DNA of 64,000 nucleotides from Raillietiella orientalis. Lineage: Eukaryota. The stretch covers positions 4,836,001-4,900,000 of the forward strand of contig JAYWIR010000010.1 in assembly GCA_036172245.1 (NCBI GenBank). The letters are read 5' to 3'. A program made the position numbers and the translations under genes. Shown here one piece after another: positions 24,447 to 37,300 of the stretch; position 1 is the stretch's first letter; every line of letters begins with the position of its first letter. Under the pieces are notes generated by a model that did no database searches, was not told the origin of the DNA, and saw only the letters and a list, made by a program, of their open reading frames with translations.

Positions 24447-25775
24447 TAAATAAATGAATTGAAAGCCCGGTCGTTTGGAGATTGTCTGTTTTTATGCGTG
24501 TGGCTTGTGCTAAAACTAGCCAACAGTGCACACGTCCCTAACAGCTTGAAACACAAACTTGAATTTGGAGAGGAAATCCAGCTGGTCTCGATGCGAAGAA
24601 AGCTCCTTCAAAGAAAGAGAATGATCCAGAAAATTTCGAACAGTCTTGATTTCATCTAAATGTCAATCTTTCTTCTTCTTTTTCTCTTTGTCCTCTTTTT
24701 CATCACGAAATCCATATCGAATCTTTATCTTTTATCGCTTTCGTGATGAAGAATGGAAGCAACTGCTCCTCCGATTCGGGACTGAATTCTGTCCACATAG
24801 GAGCGGCAGCCGGATGACAAGTGTCAAAGAGGGGACGAGGAAAAATAAGGTGACATCAAGTCTCAAGAGAGGACCCTACGCGATGCCGATGCCCCGATTC
24901 TTCCGCAGTTGCAAAGTGATCACGAACGACTTTTAGGCTTTTCGCTCTGGTTCAACAAACTAGAATAACCACACGGCTCTTTCATTTGGTGCACGCGTGC
25001 AGTGTGAACCCCACTTTATACAGGTAGCTTTGCGTAAACGCACGTAAGCCATTCGGGAGAAAATTTGGCGCGAAAAACACTGAACCGATGGCCATCGTTG
25101 TCCAGTGACAACCCCACGTTCAGAGCATGTATTATTTATGCTTCCATGCTCATCCTATCATACCTAATAATGTATTTTTAATAGGCGTCTGCTTGAATCA
25201 GTGAACGGAATTCTACGAATCCACTCGATACGGCAGGACACTTTTAAATGTGGAAAAGGAAAGCGGATTGTGCTTCCCGGCAGCAACAGCATTTTCGAAA
25301 CACAAGAGGAATTTCGCAGCTTCCAGCTAACCCTCGCTTGAGAGAGTGCGACCCTCAGGAAACCATGGGAAGAAGTGGTTCTCTTCAGGCCTCTGCAACA
25401 CGAAAAACAAGAACAGAAAAAGGCTCGATTCGCGCGGATTGCATGTTGAGAAGAGTACGGTGAGGTCCCTCGACGCAAAAAGATGGCTATTCAGCAAGGA
25501 TTTGTTTATCAGCTACCCATATAAATAAATAAACAAGAATCATCGTCTTTTGGAGATTGTCTGATTTTAGGTATGCAACTTATGCTAAAAATAGCCAACA
25601 ATCGTCTGATTTTAGGTATGGAACTTTTGCTAAAAATAGCCAACAATCGTCTGATTTTAGGTATGGAACTTGTTTTAAAAATAGCCAACAATGTACACAT
25701 CGCTAAGAACTTGAAATGCAAACTTTATATATATTTACGTAAACGTGTGCGTGTGTGTGAACCCCGCTTTACAGA
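24447..25775. repeat. Diverged direct repeat pair (24447-24568 plus 24984-25025 versus 25520-25775)
   Basis: Both share tttggagattgtctg..gctaaaa.tagccaaca..cttgaaa..caaactt..gtgtgaacccc.cttta. Confidence 0.8.
25559..25692. repeat. 45-bp tandem repeat, 3 copies
   Basis: gtctgattttaggtatg.aactt.t..taaaaatagccaacaat at 25559, 25604 and 25649. Confidence 0.95.
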
Positions 25776-27729
25776 AAGACATATTCTAGCATGTACGCAT
25801 ACATTTGCTATTACGCTAAGCTAATCGTCTCTCCTTCTCTCTTTTTTTTGCTTTTCTTTTTTCGTTATGCCTCAGCAAATCACCAAATGGAATGGAAGAT
25901 ACTCACCAATGGTGTAAACAGCACCGTCTACGTTGAAAGTAGCACGTCGTATGTTCGGGACATCGCATTTTTTGGAATTCAGCTTAGACATGGTTGCAGA
26001 TCATGACTGAGAGCATTTTGCAAGGAAGGGTCGCTCTAGGTTTTCGGGGCAACCTATCTACATCCTGCCCACGGAACCGGGAAAACTTTCCTAGCTGCCA
26101 ACAGGAGCGAACCTTACGATTGCAAATTCTTCACTTGTGACCGTACGCGAGGCGCGAAATGCTCTCCACGATCGAACTTGTACTGAATCCAGGTACGAGT
26201 GTCAGGAAAACTTCGTTCCCGTTGCGCCAGCAGTCACCTAGCGCTGGAATAGCAAGGAACAAAAGCGGGCGCAATGCGAGTATGGATTTGGTAGAAGAAT
26301 ACTTGTTGAGTCGTACAACTTGTGGAATTTCGCGTGCTTGCTGTCCAATGGAAACAACGCATTTTTCCCTTATTCCTAGGCGTGTACTTAAGGAAATATG
26401 CAGATCTTTATTGTGTAAATAGCGGCAAAAGGTCCGTAATAGTTATGCTGTGTATCGGATGTCGCGTTGATAAGTTTCGAGTTGTTGCATACTCTTTCGT
26501 GCAACATCAGTGTTTCGCATTCTCGCGTGAAGATTTTTTCTTTTCTTTTTTTTTTTAAAAAAAAAGGGGGGGGGTACGACCAGGAGAAAAAAAAAAAAAA
26601 AAAACAATACCTTACGATTAGCTTTCTCGTTTAAAGACATTGAAAAAGCTTTTTAGAAAGAATTGCAGTATAAGATTTTGGTTTTTCTCCCCTTAGTACG
26701 CGGGAAATCAGAAGGAAACGGATTCAGCGAGATCTCCCAAACCCCTTGCTGGGTTTGAGAAAATAAATTTTCATCTTATTCATTATAGAGGAATGGGACC
26801 GATCGACGGACTCAAATTCCGGAAAATACACACTGACGCACTGAACATCTCGTTAACAATCTCCAAGGTCCTCCTTTGGGTGGATGATTCGTGTCGAAGG
26901 AAATCAAAATCGGGACCAGTGAATGGGCGGAAGCGCCTTCACTACTCTCGAATGCTGCACGCTCCTAACAAGGAACGCGATAATCCTTAACAAGAACAAT
27001 TCATTATTTGCAGCAGTCTGCTTCCAGAGCTCCAAGCACATTTTCAATCTCACTGACACAAAATCATAATTTGGAGCGCATGCAAAGGACGCGTTTCAAT
27101 TAAGGATGCCGATGTGCAGCAATTTGCACAGTGCTACGGGGAAACTCAGCGTTTTACAAACGACATCAACAGAAGATGGTATTTTGCTGGTATGCAACCG
27201 GCAGCAGCCTTGGTGTTCCGTACAGAAAGAGCGTAACCAAATCGTAGGACTCGTGACCGATTGTATTAAAACACATACACACACACACAGGGGTCCAGTG
27301 TGTGACGAATTCCATCTCTGCCATAAAAACAAATAAAGAAGATACGTGAAAATGTTTACGTAGAATGTGATCTCGTGGGCGCATTGGTTTGGCACACTTC
27401 GAATTCGGAGTCGGCGCCTCAGAGGTCGTGTTAAAAGCCGTTGCTTTGGACACAGTCTTCTGGACTCGTGTCTTTTGCTTTCACACCACGTCCCCCAGCT
27501 CCAAACAACGTCTGTTTTCATGTTGATGTTTTCACAATTCACTCCCAAGATGATGCGTACGTGTTTTGTTTTGTTTTGTTTTCTTTATTGTATATTAAAG
27601 AATACTTGAAATACAGAATAGTGTGATGCACTTCATAGAATATTAGAATTCGATCCAGGATATGCGATGTAGCTCGTTTTCCTCAGGAAAAAGGGCTGCA
27701 TCTAAGTCTATCTCATTATTTTTGCACGA

Positions 27730-29400
27730 ATGCACACATTGAAATTTAAAATTGCTTACATTCTAAAAGAGTTCAGGGGCCGCCTGAACACAATGATGCA
27801 TACGAACTACGGAGCATTCGTCAGTCAACCTAAATGTGCTGTTTCCAGGATTGGAAAGCTTCTGGTTCTTCTACAAAGAAAAAAGGAAAAACCCTTCCAT
27901 CGGGATGACCTTTTTTGGTGCTCGTGAAGATGCACGGGCTCTTGGTGGCTCGCGTATAGGGAGAGGCTTGCTTTTTCCCTATGCCCTACGCAAGATAGAA
28001 AAGTGATCCAATTCTGATGTTTTTGGATTTTGTTTCTCTCCAAGAAAGCTCTATTTAATCTGTGATAGCGGAAACTGTAATAGTGGGAAAGAGGTTGAGG
28101 TTTATTTAAATGCTGCAGGAAAAGAAATTGTTCCCGATAGAATGCACATTTAGGGGGCATCTCCAACGTCCAAAAAGAAAGGAATGCAATCTCATGGTTG
28201 GATATTTCTTCTGTGAAACCCCGACACCGGCTTGGAGGGCTTACGATCCGTTCGCTGACACGCGGTGCTTCCGTCCGTTCCATTACGCTGAGGAACGAAA
28301 CGCCGGCAAGCACGGCAAGTTTCCATTGTAACTTTGCGAGCTCACTGATCTCCTCTGCTGGTGAAGAGATGCCTTTTTTCTTCCGTGCCGGATGCCTCTC
28401 CAGATAGAAATCGTAATGTATTTCCGTGCTCGTTTCTTTCAGTTGGCACGATCTCGCACCCCGAGCGCCTGGGGTGTCATCAACTTCGCCAAGGGCGACA
28501 AGTCCTGCCTCATTGTTCCTCTGAAGTTTCTTCCCTTTGTTGCCCAGCGCACGAGAAGGCGTTTTTCTGAAGGATGAAACTTTCTCCGGACCTCCTGGAA
28601 TAATATCGATCGCTCTCCTGGATGAATGATCGTGGCTTCGGCCTGGAACTGCGTTTAGGCAATGCGTACCATCGATAAACTTTCGCAGGTAACCGCTGCT
28701 GGATGGAGACGAACGCCAGTCTAGCCACGTGCCCGCGGAGAAATTGCACCCTCATCCGCAAATACGAATTACATTGTAACGAAGCGGAGAAGCGACTCAT
28801 TTTGATGGCAACTCATTTTGATGAGAACGAAGGCCGTCCTGCGAAGAGGGAGTGATCGAGCAGTGACTCGGTTTGCTGTTTGCGGGAGCTGGGCGACGGA
28901 GGTCGAAACCTGGAAGAATTCACACACACCGCGGTCCCAGAACCACCACTCCTTTGCTCACGACGACTCCCTGAAATCTCTGCACGCCAAAGAGTACCGG
29001 AACGAAGCGCAAAGGGAATCACCTCAGACGAAGACACGTCCGGTTCACGGAACGAAACGGATGCACCACCACGACGCGGATTCCTCAAGAGTTCCTGAAA
29101 GGCTGCAGCACACGCGGTTTCCCCAGGAGAGAACGATTTTAGTGTGCTGCACGTTTTTCTCCAAAAAGATGGAAAGATGAGTTGCCGGAGGAGTTGTTTT
29201 TAAACGCTTGTGACTTCCAGGAATCCATACAAGATGGTCCGGAATCTGCTGAAATGGAATACCAGAACAGTACCGCACAACAACCGACAAAAAAAAGAAA
29301 AAAAGGAAAAATCAATTTTGCAGCTCCTGTGGCAATGTCGCAAATTTGCTTAGCAACGGCTGTCAAAGGCCGTGATCAAAATGGAACTTTATATATCTAA
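27730..29400 (+). pseudogene. Unknown degenerate coding region
   Basis: Protein-like plus fragments (27730-27927, 28392-28577 WGVINFAKGDKSCLIVPLKFLPF, 29182-29400), followed by an A-rich intergenic tract. Confidence 0.3.
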
Positions 29401-30099
29401 AATGCATTTCTGCAAAGGAAGAGAAAATGAATAATTAAAAGACACACCAGCAGTAGACTCTTGCTGCAGCCATCAAAGCAAGGCAAGTGTTTCAGAGGAA
29501 TTAAGGAGAACTTTACATATCGAAAGATGAGCTTTTTTTTTTTTAGAATGAAAACCCTAAAAAAAAAGCAAAACCAAAAAAAAACGGAAACCTGAAGGAG
29601 GAAATATACAAAATTTTCCTAATAGGAAAACATAGGAAAACATTTTTTCCTCTCAAGATGAGGCAACTTCAACTCCAGTTGTAGAGAAAACTTCAAGACC
29701 AGTCTAGAGTACTCCGTTTTTTTTTTTTTTTTTGCCGCGGCTGCAATGTCCGCGGGACTTTCGGTGGGACACTAGCGTGACTCTATCCCTGCCTGGTGGG
29801 AGCGGAAGGAAGCAAAATTTTAGGAAAAGGGATCGAAATTTCGGCTCCTTGTTCAGCACCCACCCGCCCATGGGCAGACGCGTTCGGTTTCGCCTTACAG
29901 CACACCACCGCCGCTAACGGTAGAGAAAGAATTGAGAATTTTCTTTTTAGAAGAGAAAGTCGGAAGAATCGAAAACGCGTCTGTTGTGCACATTTTCAGC
30001 CTCCTAGTGGAGACCACAAGCACCACACTTTTAGTGCAACGCGAGCTGCGTGTGGTTCCCTGCTGGAGCCCCTTCGAGAACCGAATTCTTCGCGTCGGC

Positions 30100-32296
30100 A
30101 CCTACCGATGGTGGCTCTCATAAGGAGGACAAGAGACGGGATCCTAGTTTGCACCCGTTTAAACTTCTTCGTCTTGGAAGGAAAAGGAAAGTCGTGAGCG
30201 GAAAGCGGAGGAAACTTTTGAAAGCATCTGCGCAAGTTTCCAGCAAGAGATCACCCTGAACCAAAAGATCGTAGTAAGCGAAATTGCCGTGCTTTTCCGA
30301 GATCCCAGCTTCACCAATGAGGTGCAATCGGGGTCCCAAAGCCAGCCACACCGGCTCATAGTGGGGATGCACAGCTTCCCTTAGAAATGGGGCGCTCATC
30401 TGCCTCGTGCTCACGTAACGCACGATGTGGTTTAACGCTTGGGAGGCGCCTGCGAGTTCAGATGCGCGCCTCTTCAAGTCGCCGTTTGCCTTCGGCAAAA
30501 ACACGCAAGCGTTCTTCTTCTTGTGCAAGTCGCTCGTTTATCTCGAGATTCCATTCTTGAAGGTTTATAACTCCATTTAAAATAATTTTGTGAAGGTTGG
30601 CTGATCGCCTTCGTCAAAAGGAGCATCAGCCTCAGTCTCCCTCCCGCTTCCCTCAATGGTGCAATTTGGAATCAACTACAGGAACGGGGGAGCAACGGGA
30701 AAACTGTATTCGTAGCTAAGCGTTGCTCAGCTCGGCAACGGGAGCGCAAAGGAGTGTCCTGACGTTTCAAAAATTACGTCATTATTTCTGTTCCCCTGTG
30801 ATGCTCATCAAGTCCAAAGACACGGAATGGGACATTCCGGGCGACGAAATCACGAGAGAGAACGAGAGGAAACCGAGGAAAAGGAAATTTTCTGCTCCCT
30901 GCTGCCGCTTCATTGTGCGCAGCCCGTGGTGCAGAGCGCCATCCGCTTTCTGTTCTTCCTCCCGAGCACCGTGGATCAGACACTGAACGCTGGCGCTCTG
31001 AATTTTGAGGACGTTTCGCCTTTTGAAGATCATCTGGGACGGAAGCTATTCTCACAATTATTCGCTCGGGGCTTGCGAGTGGGAGGTGCGTAGACGCAGC
31101 ATCACCAAAATACTCTTCGCGCACTCCCGCGAAAACCACATGTTCGCTTGCATTTGCATATCGGTAGTAAAAATGTTGCAACGGGGATGTTGCTCGAGTG
31201 TGGAAGTTACAATTTCAGCTCTGGACACTTGTGAGTTCGGGTCCATTCGTACTTCTCCTCCCGAAGTCGCACCTATAAATTCGAATTTTTGTCTGTCGAA
31301 GTCCAGTTCATTTGCTTCATCCCGTGGTGCCGGCGGATGACCTGCTGGCACCTGATACATTGGGAAAGCCCTTCTTGTAGTGATCGTACAAGCCGCCGGC
31401 GAAATAGTATACACGTGCACTTGACGTATTCCGATCTGCACGGCATCGCGTACGAAGTGCAAGGTTGCCACATTCCCTGCAGCTGCGGAATGCAGTTTCC
31501 ACAAGCGCTACCAGCTAGACTCCGTCAACCAGTCTTCTCTGTAGGCGTTTCACTTGCATATTACTACGTGCGATTTGTCTTATTGTGGTCGTCGGATGCG
31601 ACACCGTCGATGCCATCGCATGCTCCTCTCGAATTGAAGGGCGATAATGAATGGAGAACCACAAAGAAGTTCTTTTAGGTAGCACAGTTGCGTGACGCCA
31701 CTGGCTACGCACGCGGCACACGTTGTTGCTCGTGGTCTTCTGGGAGGCACCAAGAGACTCCGTCTCCCCTCCTCCTCCTTCCGTTGCGATATCACTTTGC
31801 ACCGAGCAGCACATGGTGCTTGATAAGCGAGTTGAAGCGGAGTTTCGCGCCGTGGCACCAAATGACCGCAGGCGCAAACGGGCACCTCTTCCCACCGTCC
31901 CTTTTTCGCCTTCCATCCTCCATCCATCCACCCACTGCCAGAAGCAGCGCGGCCAAGACCCTCACTCGCGCTCTGGGCATGGAAGATGTGCATTTCGATG
32001 CTCCGTTCAGAGACCAGCGCCTCACGAGGTTTGCATCTTGCAGCTATGCTTCTACGGTGGATGAGTGAGTTTGTGCGGAAACGCAAACGCAGAGTCAGCG
32101 TGTCCGGACAGGGCGAGAAGGCACGCATCACGGAAAGGAATTTTCGGATGAAGCGCAACTTTGAAAAATGATCTTCGAGCTCCGAAGCTTGATTCGATCC
32201 AGTTGATTTCGTTGCTTTCGGAAAAGAAGACTCGTACGTAATGCTGAATGAGTCTGAAAAGTTTCGACTTTGGAAACTATCAGGGATGATTTCCAA
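30100..32296 (-). pseudogene. RING-HC / TRAF-type zinc-finger protein with downstream coiled coil (putative E3 ligase), decayed
   Basis: In order: KIPFRDACLLALSGH (~32143-32100, RING core remnant), HLPCPERE*GS (~31990-31955), VPVCACGHLVPRRE (~31885-31845), Cys-rich ACGNC..CRECG (~31510-31465), coiled coil NLQEWNLEINERLAQEEERLR (~30565-30500). Confidence 0.45.
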
Positions 32297-32610
32297 CTAA
32301 AATTCAAAGCATTCAGAATATATATATTTTTGTATATATATTTTATACATTATTGCCATGTAAATGTACACCCGGATGGAATGAGTGCTTTCTCACGATT
32401 CGTTTAATCTGCATCCAAATCTACTTCTTGAAGATGGAAACGAAATAGGAAAGCCTGCTTTTTATCGGGATAAAATGCATGCCGATGGACCCACATTTCG
32501 ATGTGGGTTCCATTGCGCACGCATCCTCTGCAAAATACTCGATTTGTTTGTAGCACGGGGAAAATACTCATCTCCTCTGTTCATGAACTCATGCAAGGCA
32601 TTGGTGCACT

Positions 32611-32884
32611 CCGTGCATGAAAAGCATGCGGCGGCATCAGGCAAACTCCAACACATCTCGAATCACAATGCAACATAGTGAAGATGCCTGAAAGTGAACT
32701 CATGCAAGGCATTGATGCACTCCTAACTGTATACTTTTCTGTATACTGTATACTTTCAAAGTATACAGTTAGGAGTGCATCAATGCCTTGCATGAGTTCA
32801 CTTTCAGGCATCTTCACTATGTTGCATTGTGATTCGAGATGTGTTGGAGTTTGCCTGATGCCGCCGCATGCTTTTCATGCACGG
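32611..32884. repeat. Perfect inverted repeat: 127-bp arms, 20-nt loop
   Basis: 32611-32737 is the exact reverse complement of 32758-32884. Loop sequence is tctgtatactgtatactttc. Confidence 0.97.
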
Positions 32885-32999
32885 TTTGGAGATGCAGCGG
32901 ATCCATTTGGAAATTGCATGATGAGTCTTCTCACCGCACCGGAAGTTTCTGTGTAGTGACCTCGAGCGAGCGTATCAAAACAGTGTGAGAAGACTTTCG

Positions 33000-35900
33000 T
33001 TCGTGGAATGAGAATCCGCTGCATTCTACTTCCGCTTATCCTCTGTGTAGCTGAAACGTGCACAAAACACCCCCTGGTATATTTCTCTTTCCGTTCCCGT
33101 CTAATTGTGCTTGTTAATCCTTGATTGTCCTGAGCAAGGCACCAATCAGAGCTTCCCAGGAAAAAATCGGACCATCGGTCCATCCATCTAAGCGAATCCC
33201 ATTAAATGGGGCTGCGTGTAGTTTTTCTTGCTGCCTCGGGTTTCGATGTCTCAGAATTTGCACTTTCTCCCATTCTTTCTCTTGTTCAAAAATGCAGGCA
33301 TTCAAAAGTTGCACCAAGCTTGAGCAAAGGATTCTTTGGAACAACACGGTGAGGAAGACTTTGCAAGCCACTTGCCAAAGGAAGGAACGAAAATGGTGAA
33401 ATTAATAAGAGGCAAATGGTTTTAGCAAGAAGGGGAGGGAGAGGAGGAAAAAGAAGCAGAAACCCAATCAGAAAGATCAGAGAACAGAAATCAATCACTG
33501 TAGAGAACAGAAGTTCCTGATTTATTTTCATCTGCAGTGAATAGTTTTCCAGTATTTTTCCAAAGCTCTTCCAATGCCTTTCTTCAGTGCTTGCAACGGC
33601 TTAACGAGTCTGCTCATCCTGTTCCCACTAACGAAGAGAATTGCGCTCATTGGCCATGTTTCAACTTTTGGTCTTCCACATCCATAGCTGTTTTTTTTTT
33701 TTTAAATAGAAATAAAGCTTTCATTCCCAAAGCAATGCACTGGAAATCAGTGACCCCATTTTGCATGCGCGGAATCCTCAAAACAGCATCTTTAGTCTGC
33801 AATCCTTGAGAGGGAAACAGTGCTACTCTAGAACGAATACACTTTGATCTACACTTTGATCTTAGCCAAAAGGCCGAGAAGCGAGAAGGAGAGGCAGTAA
33901 AAGAATGTTTGCATTTAGCACCGATTGCCCTGTGCATTTCCATGATCCATTATGCCTACAAATTAAAAACGTCAATCCCTCTATGAAATATGCTGTTGAA
34001 ATTCTTGCTTCCTCGTCTAGCACACAAATGGCTGCCTGCGAAACAGTGAGATACAAAGATAAGGACGAAACGAGTCCTGATGGGATGTTATGAATTTCCT
34101 CGGAACATGCTACTCCAGAAAGCATAATTGGTTCCCACCACCTGGTTTCGTCAGCTGCTATTTATTTATTTTTCTCATTTAAAGATGGAAAAACCCCGAA
34201 CCCTACGATGGATACAATAGATATACTTGGAGGCACGTATCTCCATAACGAATGATCGTTACCACTCTTACAGCTCCCAGCATTCTTACATCATCGTGCG
34301 CATATTTTACTCTTCAGGATTATTTCATTAGGAAACTCACTGTTTCCTCTTTTGTGCATCTCTCCGTAAATTGAAGTTGGACAGTGCTAAATGAATCCTC
34401 AAACCTGCATTGAAACGGTTGCTTTCAGGTTTGCACGAGGTGCTTCATTTATGTAATTGCTGCTGTATGTTATTTGTCAGAATCAGGAGTCTGTGGACCT
34501 TCCTCGCAGGATAGGAATGCATTTAGAAACAAAAACAGCGTTGCCGAACACGTCATTCTCTATCCGGCTTCCGGTTTCTTCTTCCGTCAGGATGAAAGCA
34601 GAATTTTCTTTCTTTCTTTTTTTTTTCTTATTGGTCCTAATGAAAACATTGATTCTGAACAATGGACACTGATGCTGCGTTTTGCTGGTTCCAGAGACAA
34701 TTTCAGAGTTAATTTCGAAGAGGAATAGAGAAAGACTGAGAATGTAGAGTGAAGGTTCTGAACATTCGGAAATGCAGTTTAATGACGAGGATAGCTGAGT
34801 TCGAAGAGACGTGACTTTGATTTGTGCCATCAAGTAGTGCCTGACGGTGATGTCAAGTGTGAGAAACCACCATTGGCCCTTTCGTAATTAAAAAGCTAAA
34901 AAGAATAAAAATGGGATCAAAGGCATCGAGCAGAGCTCATGAGACGATAGATGGGACAACTTTAGTCCGGAAGATGCCTCGTTGCGAACCAAACGCTGTA
35001 AGGGGATGGGGAATTAAGAAACGATCTTTCTCGAAATTCCTGGTGAAATAGGATCATAACTCATCGCATCTTCGGCAAATCTTGAAAGCTAGAATCAAAT
35101 ACGATGAAAACAAGGGAATCCTTATCGATCAGTTCGAATGCCCTGGGATCCAAGTTGCACTGCTTTACCGGAACTTTTCTCTGACCTCGCACGAGGACTA
35201 GAGTTTCTCTGAGTCTTTAAACAAAAGTTCCCTCAGGTTCTCTCAAATCACAGTCTGCAGATTATTGACAAAGCTAGTAATAATAGATAGTAAGTTTAAG
35301 TAATTCCTCAGATAACCTAAGCCAAGGGTGTGATTGGAAGTTCACCATGAGGAGACAATGGTTTGAAATTTATAAACCTCCGGTCGCGAAGAAACAAAGG
35401 AAAGCGAGCCAAAGCTTCCCAGATACGCGGAGGAAATCTTCAACGTGGTAAGCGTTTTGCTGAGTGGCAATCGAACAGAAACACCAGCAATGCAGCTGAG
35501 ATTTGGAGGATGATTCCAGAAAGATTTTTCGTAGACCCCAACAGAAACGGACGCCGCGCGGATGATTGTGGTTTTTCTCATGGGGAGTTTTGTGCCGCTT
35601 ACGTGTTCGACCACCGAGCTGCTGCCTCCAGGCTCCGTTTCCAAAGGTGCCTTTCCGTGCTCTGCACAGGAAGATGGCTTTGGGATTTCTCTTTGCTCCG
35701 TACGAGATTGAACTGATATTGTGTTTTTGTCTTCACCTTTACCAGCGAGATACATTGCATTTATTTGAAATGCGCATACTTATTTTCCATCAAGAAAACC
35801 CTTTGGTCCCTCTCGCTCTCTCTCTTACACACACAAACGCGCACACAGAACGGCATCTCTGTTTCGAAAGTGACGGCAAATCCGAGTAATTGCAATTCTG

Positions 35901-37300
35901 CTAGAACTGCTCAACGACTGACGGTGGAATGATTTGCTTAGCACTTTAAAACGGGGGGAGTGTTTTCTAGATTCTATGCAAGGGTTCAATTGCAGTTCTA
36001 GCACAGTGACGTCAGATTCCTTTACTGCCAGAAGCAGCAATTTTTAAAATGAATGGAACCTATTCAACAAGAGGTGTTGGCATAATCAGTTTCAGAGAGG
36101 TCCAAATCACCGTCTAATAAACGTAATCCGCAAGTCCATGGCCAGATGGGATGACCTTGTAACTAAGCATTGAGGCTATTGAACCAGTAATCAATTCACA
36201 CCCATCGAAGCTCGTTATCCCATCCCTAAAAGGAAGAGATGGACCTTCCGCATTGTTCAGTTTATCAGCATCAGAGACGGCGGAAGGTCACATATTTCCC
36301 TAAAAAGCAGGGTCGTGCAGCAGTGTGCCCAGCGTCAGTGAACAGCCACAATTAAATGGGGAATTTGAGTGATTTGGTCCGATCGTATGCAACTCTGAAA
36401 AAACTATCGATCCTTATGAGCGTGATGCTGAACTTCAAATGGACCTATCATGACGGCTCGTGATAAAATTTGAGTCCATTATGCAAATGCGCTGAGGGCA
36501 AACAGTAGAATTACTTTATTTCATGCCAGGATCAAAAGGACCTGGAATATTCACGCAAAGGATTACTCATCTGACTAATCCGCCAAATTTATTAAGCAAA
36601 TACCATCATCAAACTGCTGACTGCGAACCAAAGAGACCACTAGCCAGGCACATCCGTTGTTGCATGCAGACTGTAGTCTGTGCAAAGAACACAGTTTTTT
36701 ACGCCACGAGCAGAATCAATTCATGAATAATTCAGTTTTTCAGCTTTTCCGCTTCGAAATTCAAGAACGGTGATTTCAGTTTTTCGTCGCTTCCAGCGCA
36801 TTACCAAAATTTGCTCTATTGACGAATGGGGCCGATGATCGTAAGTGGATGGAAACAGACAGGGAAAGGGGTCCCATGAAGAGGCAGTCCTTTCATCTGT
36901 GCTGCCATTGAAAAGTATCGCGAAATCTTCGTTGAAACTCCAAACGTTTCACTGAAGAGGATTTTCGATTTTTTGCCTTGAAAAATCCCTTTGCTTCCAA
37001 GCTTTTGGGGGAAGGGGACGGGGGGAGGTTTGAAGAAAAAATCAGCGAGTTTGTTGAGAGGGTTTAAATCACAATCGAAAAATGACCAGGCGAGAATATG
37101 TTTGAAAAATCTTCTCCTTTTCCTGCAAATGACGAAGAGTTTGGCCCGCCGCTGGAATCAATTAGTGGTTCCAGTCGTAGGTGGAAATCCAAGACTCGTT
37201 CAAATGATGAATGCGTTTGGGCGGAAGCCACTTGCTCAAAGATTACGAAAGAAACTTATTTTTATTAATCATATCGAAAAATGATTATGAAAATTGCAGC
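33000..37300 (-). pseudogene. Large unknown AT-richer minus-strand pseudogene(s)
   Basis: Protein-like fragments such as NVWSFNEDFAILFNG..EQILVMRWKRRKTEITVLEF (~36945-36755) and LGYLRNYLNLLSIITSFVNNL (~35320-35260), with many stops. Confidence 0.35.

Noticed and set aside
25559..25692. CRISPR-like array
   Set aside because: The units are contiguous with no unique spacers and there are no cas genes. It is a plain tandem repeat.
27106..27336. pif-1- or pif-2-like Cys pattern (HSATGKLSVLQ..GILLVCN..QP..TDC; CAAICT..)
   Set aside because: All three plus frames look about equally protein-like and the expected flanking Cys blocks are absent. It needs a profile search and is not called.
32611..32884. 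Penelope-like hairpin with hammerhead ribozyme
   Set aside because: No CTGANGA/GAAA core in a hammerhead arrangement and no adjacent RT or GIY-YIG remnant.
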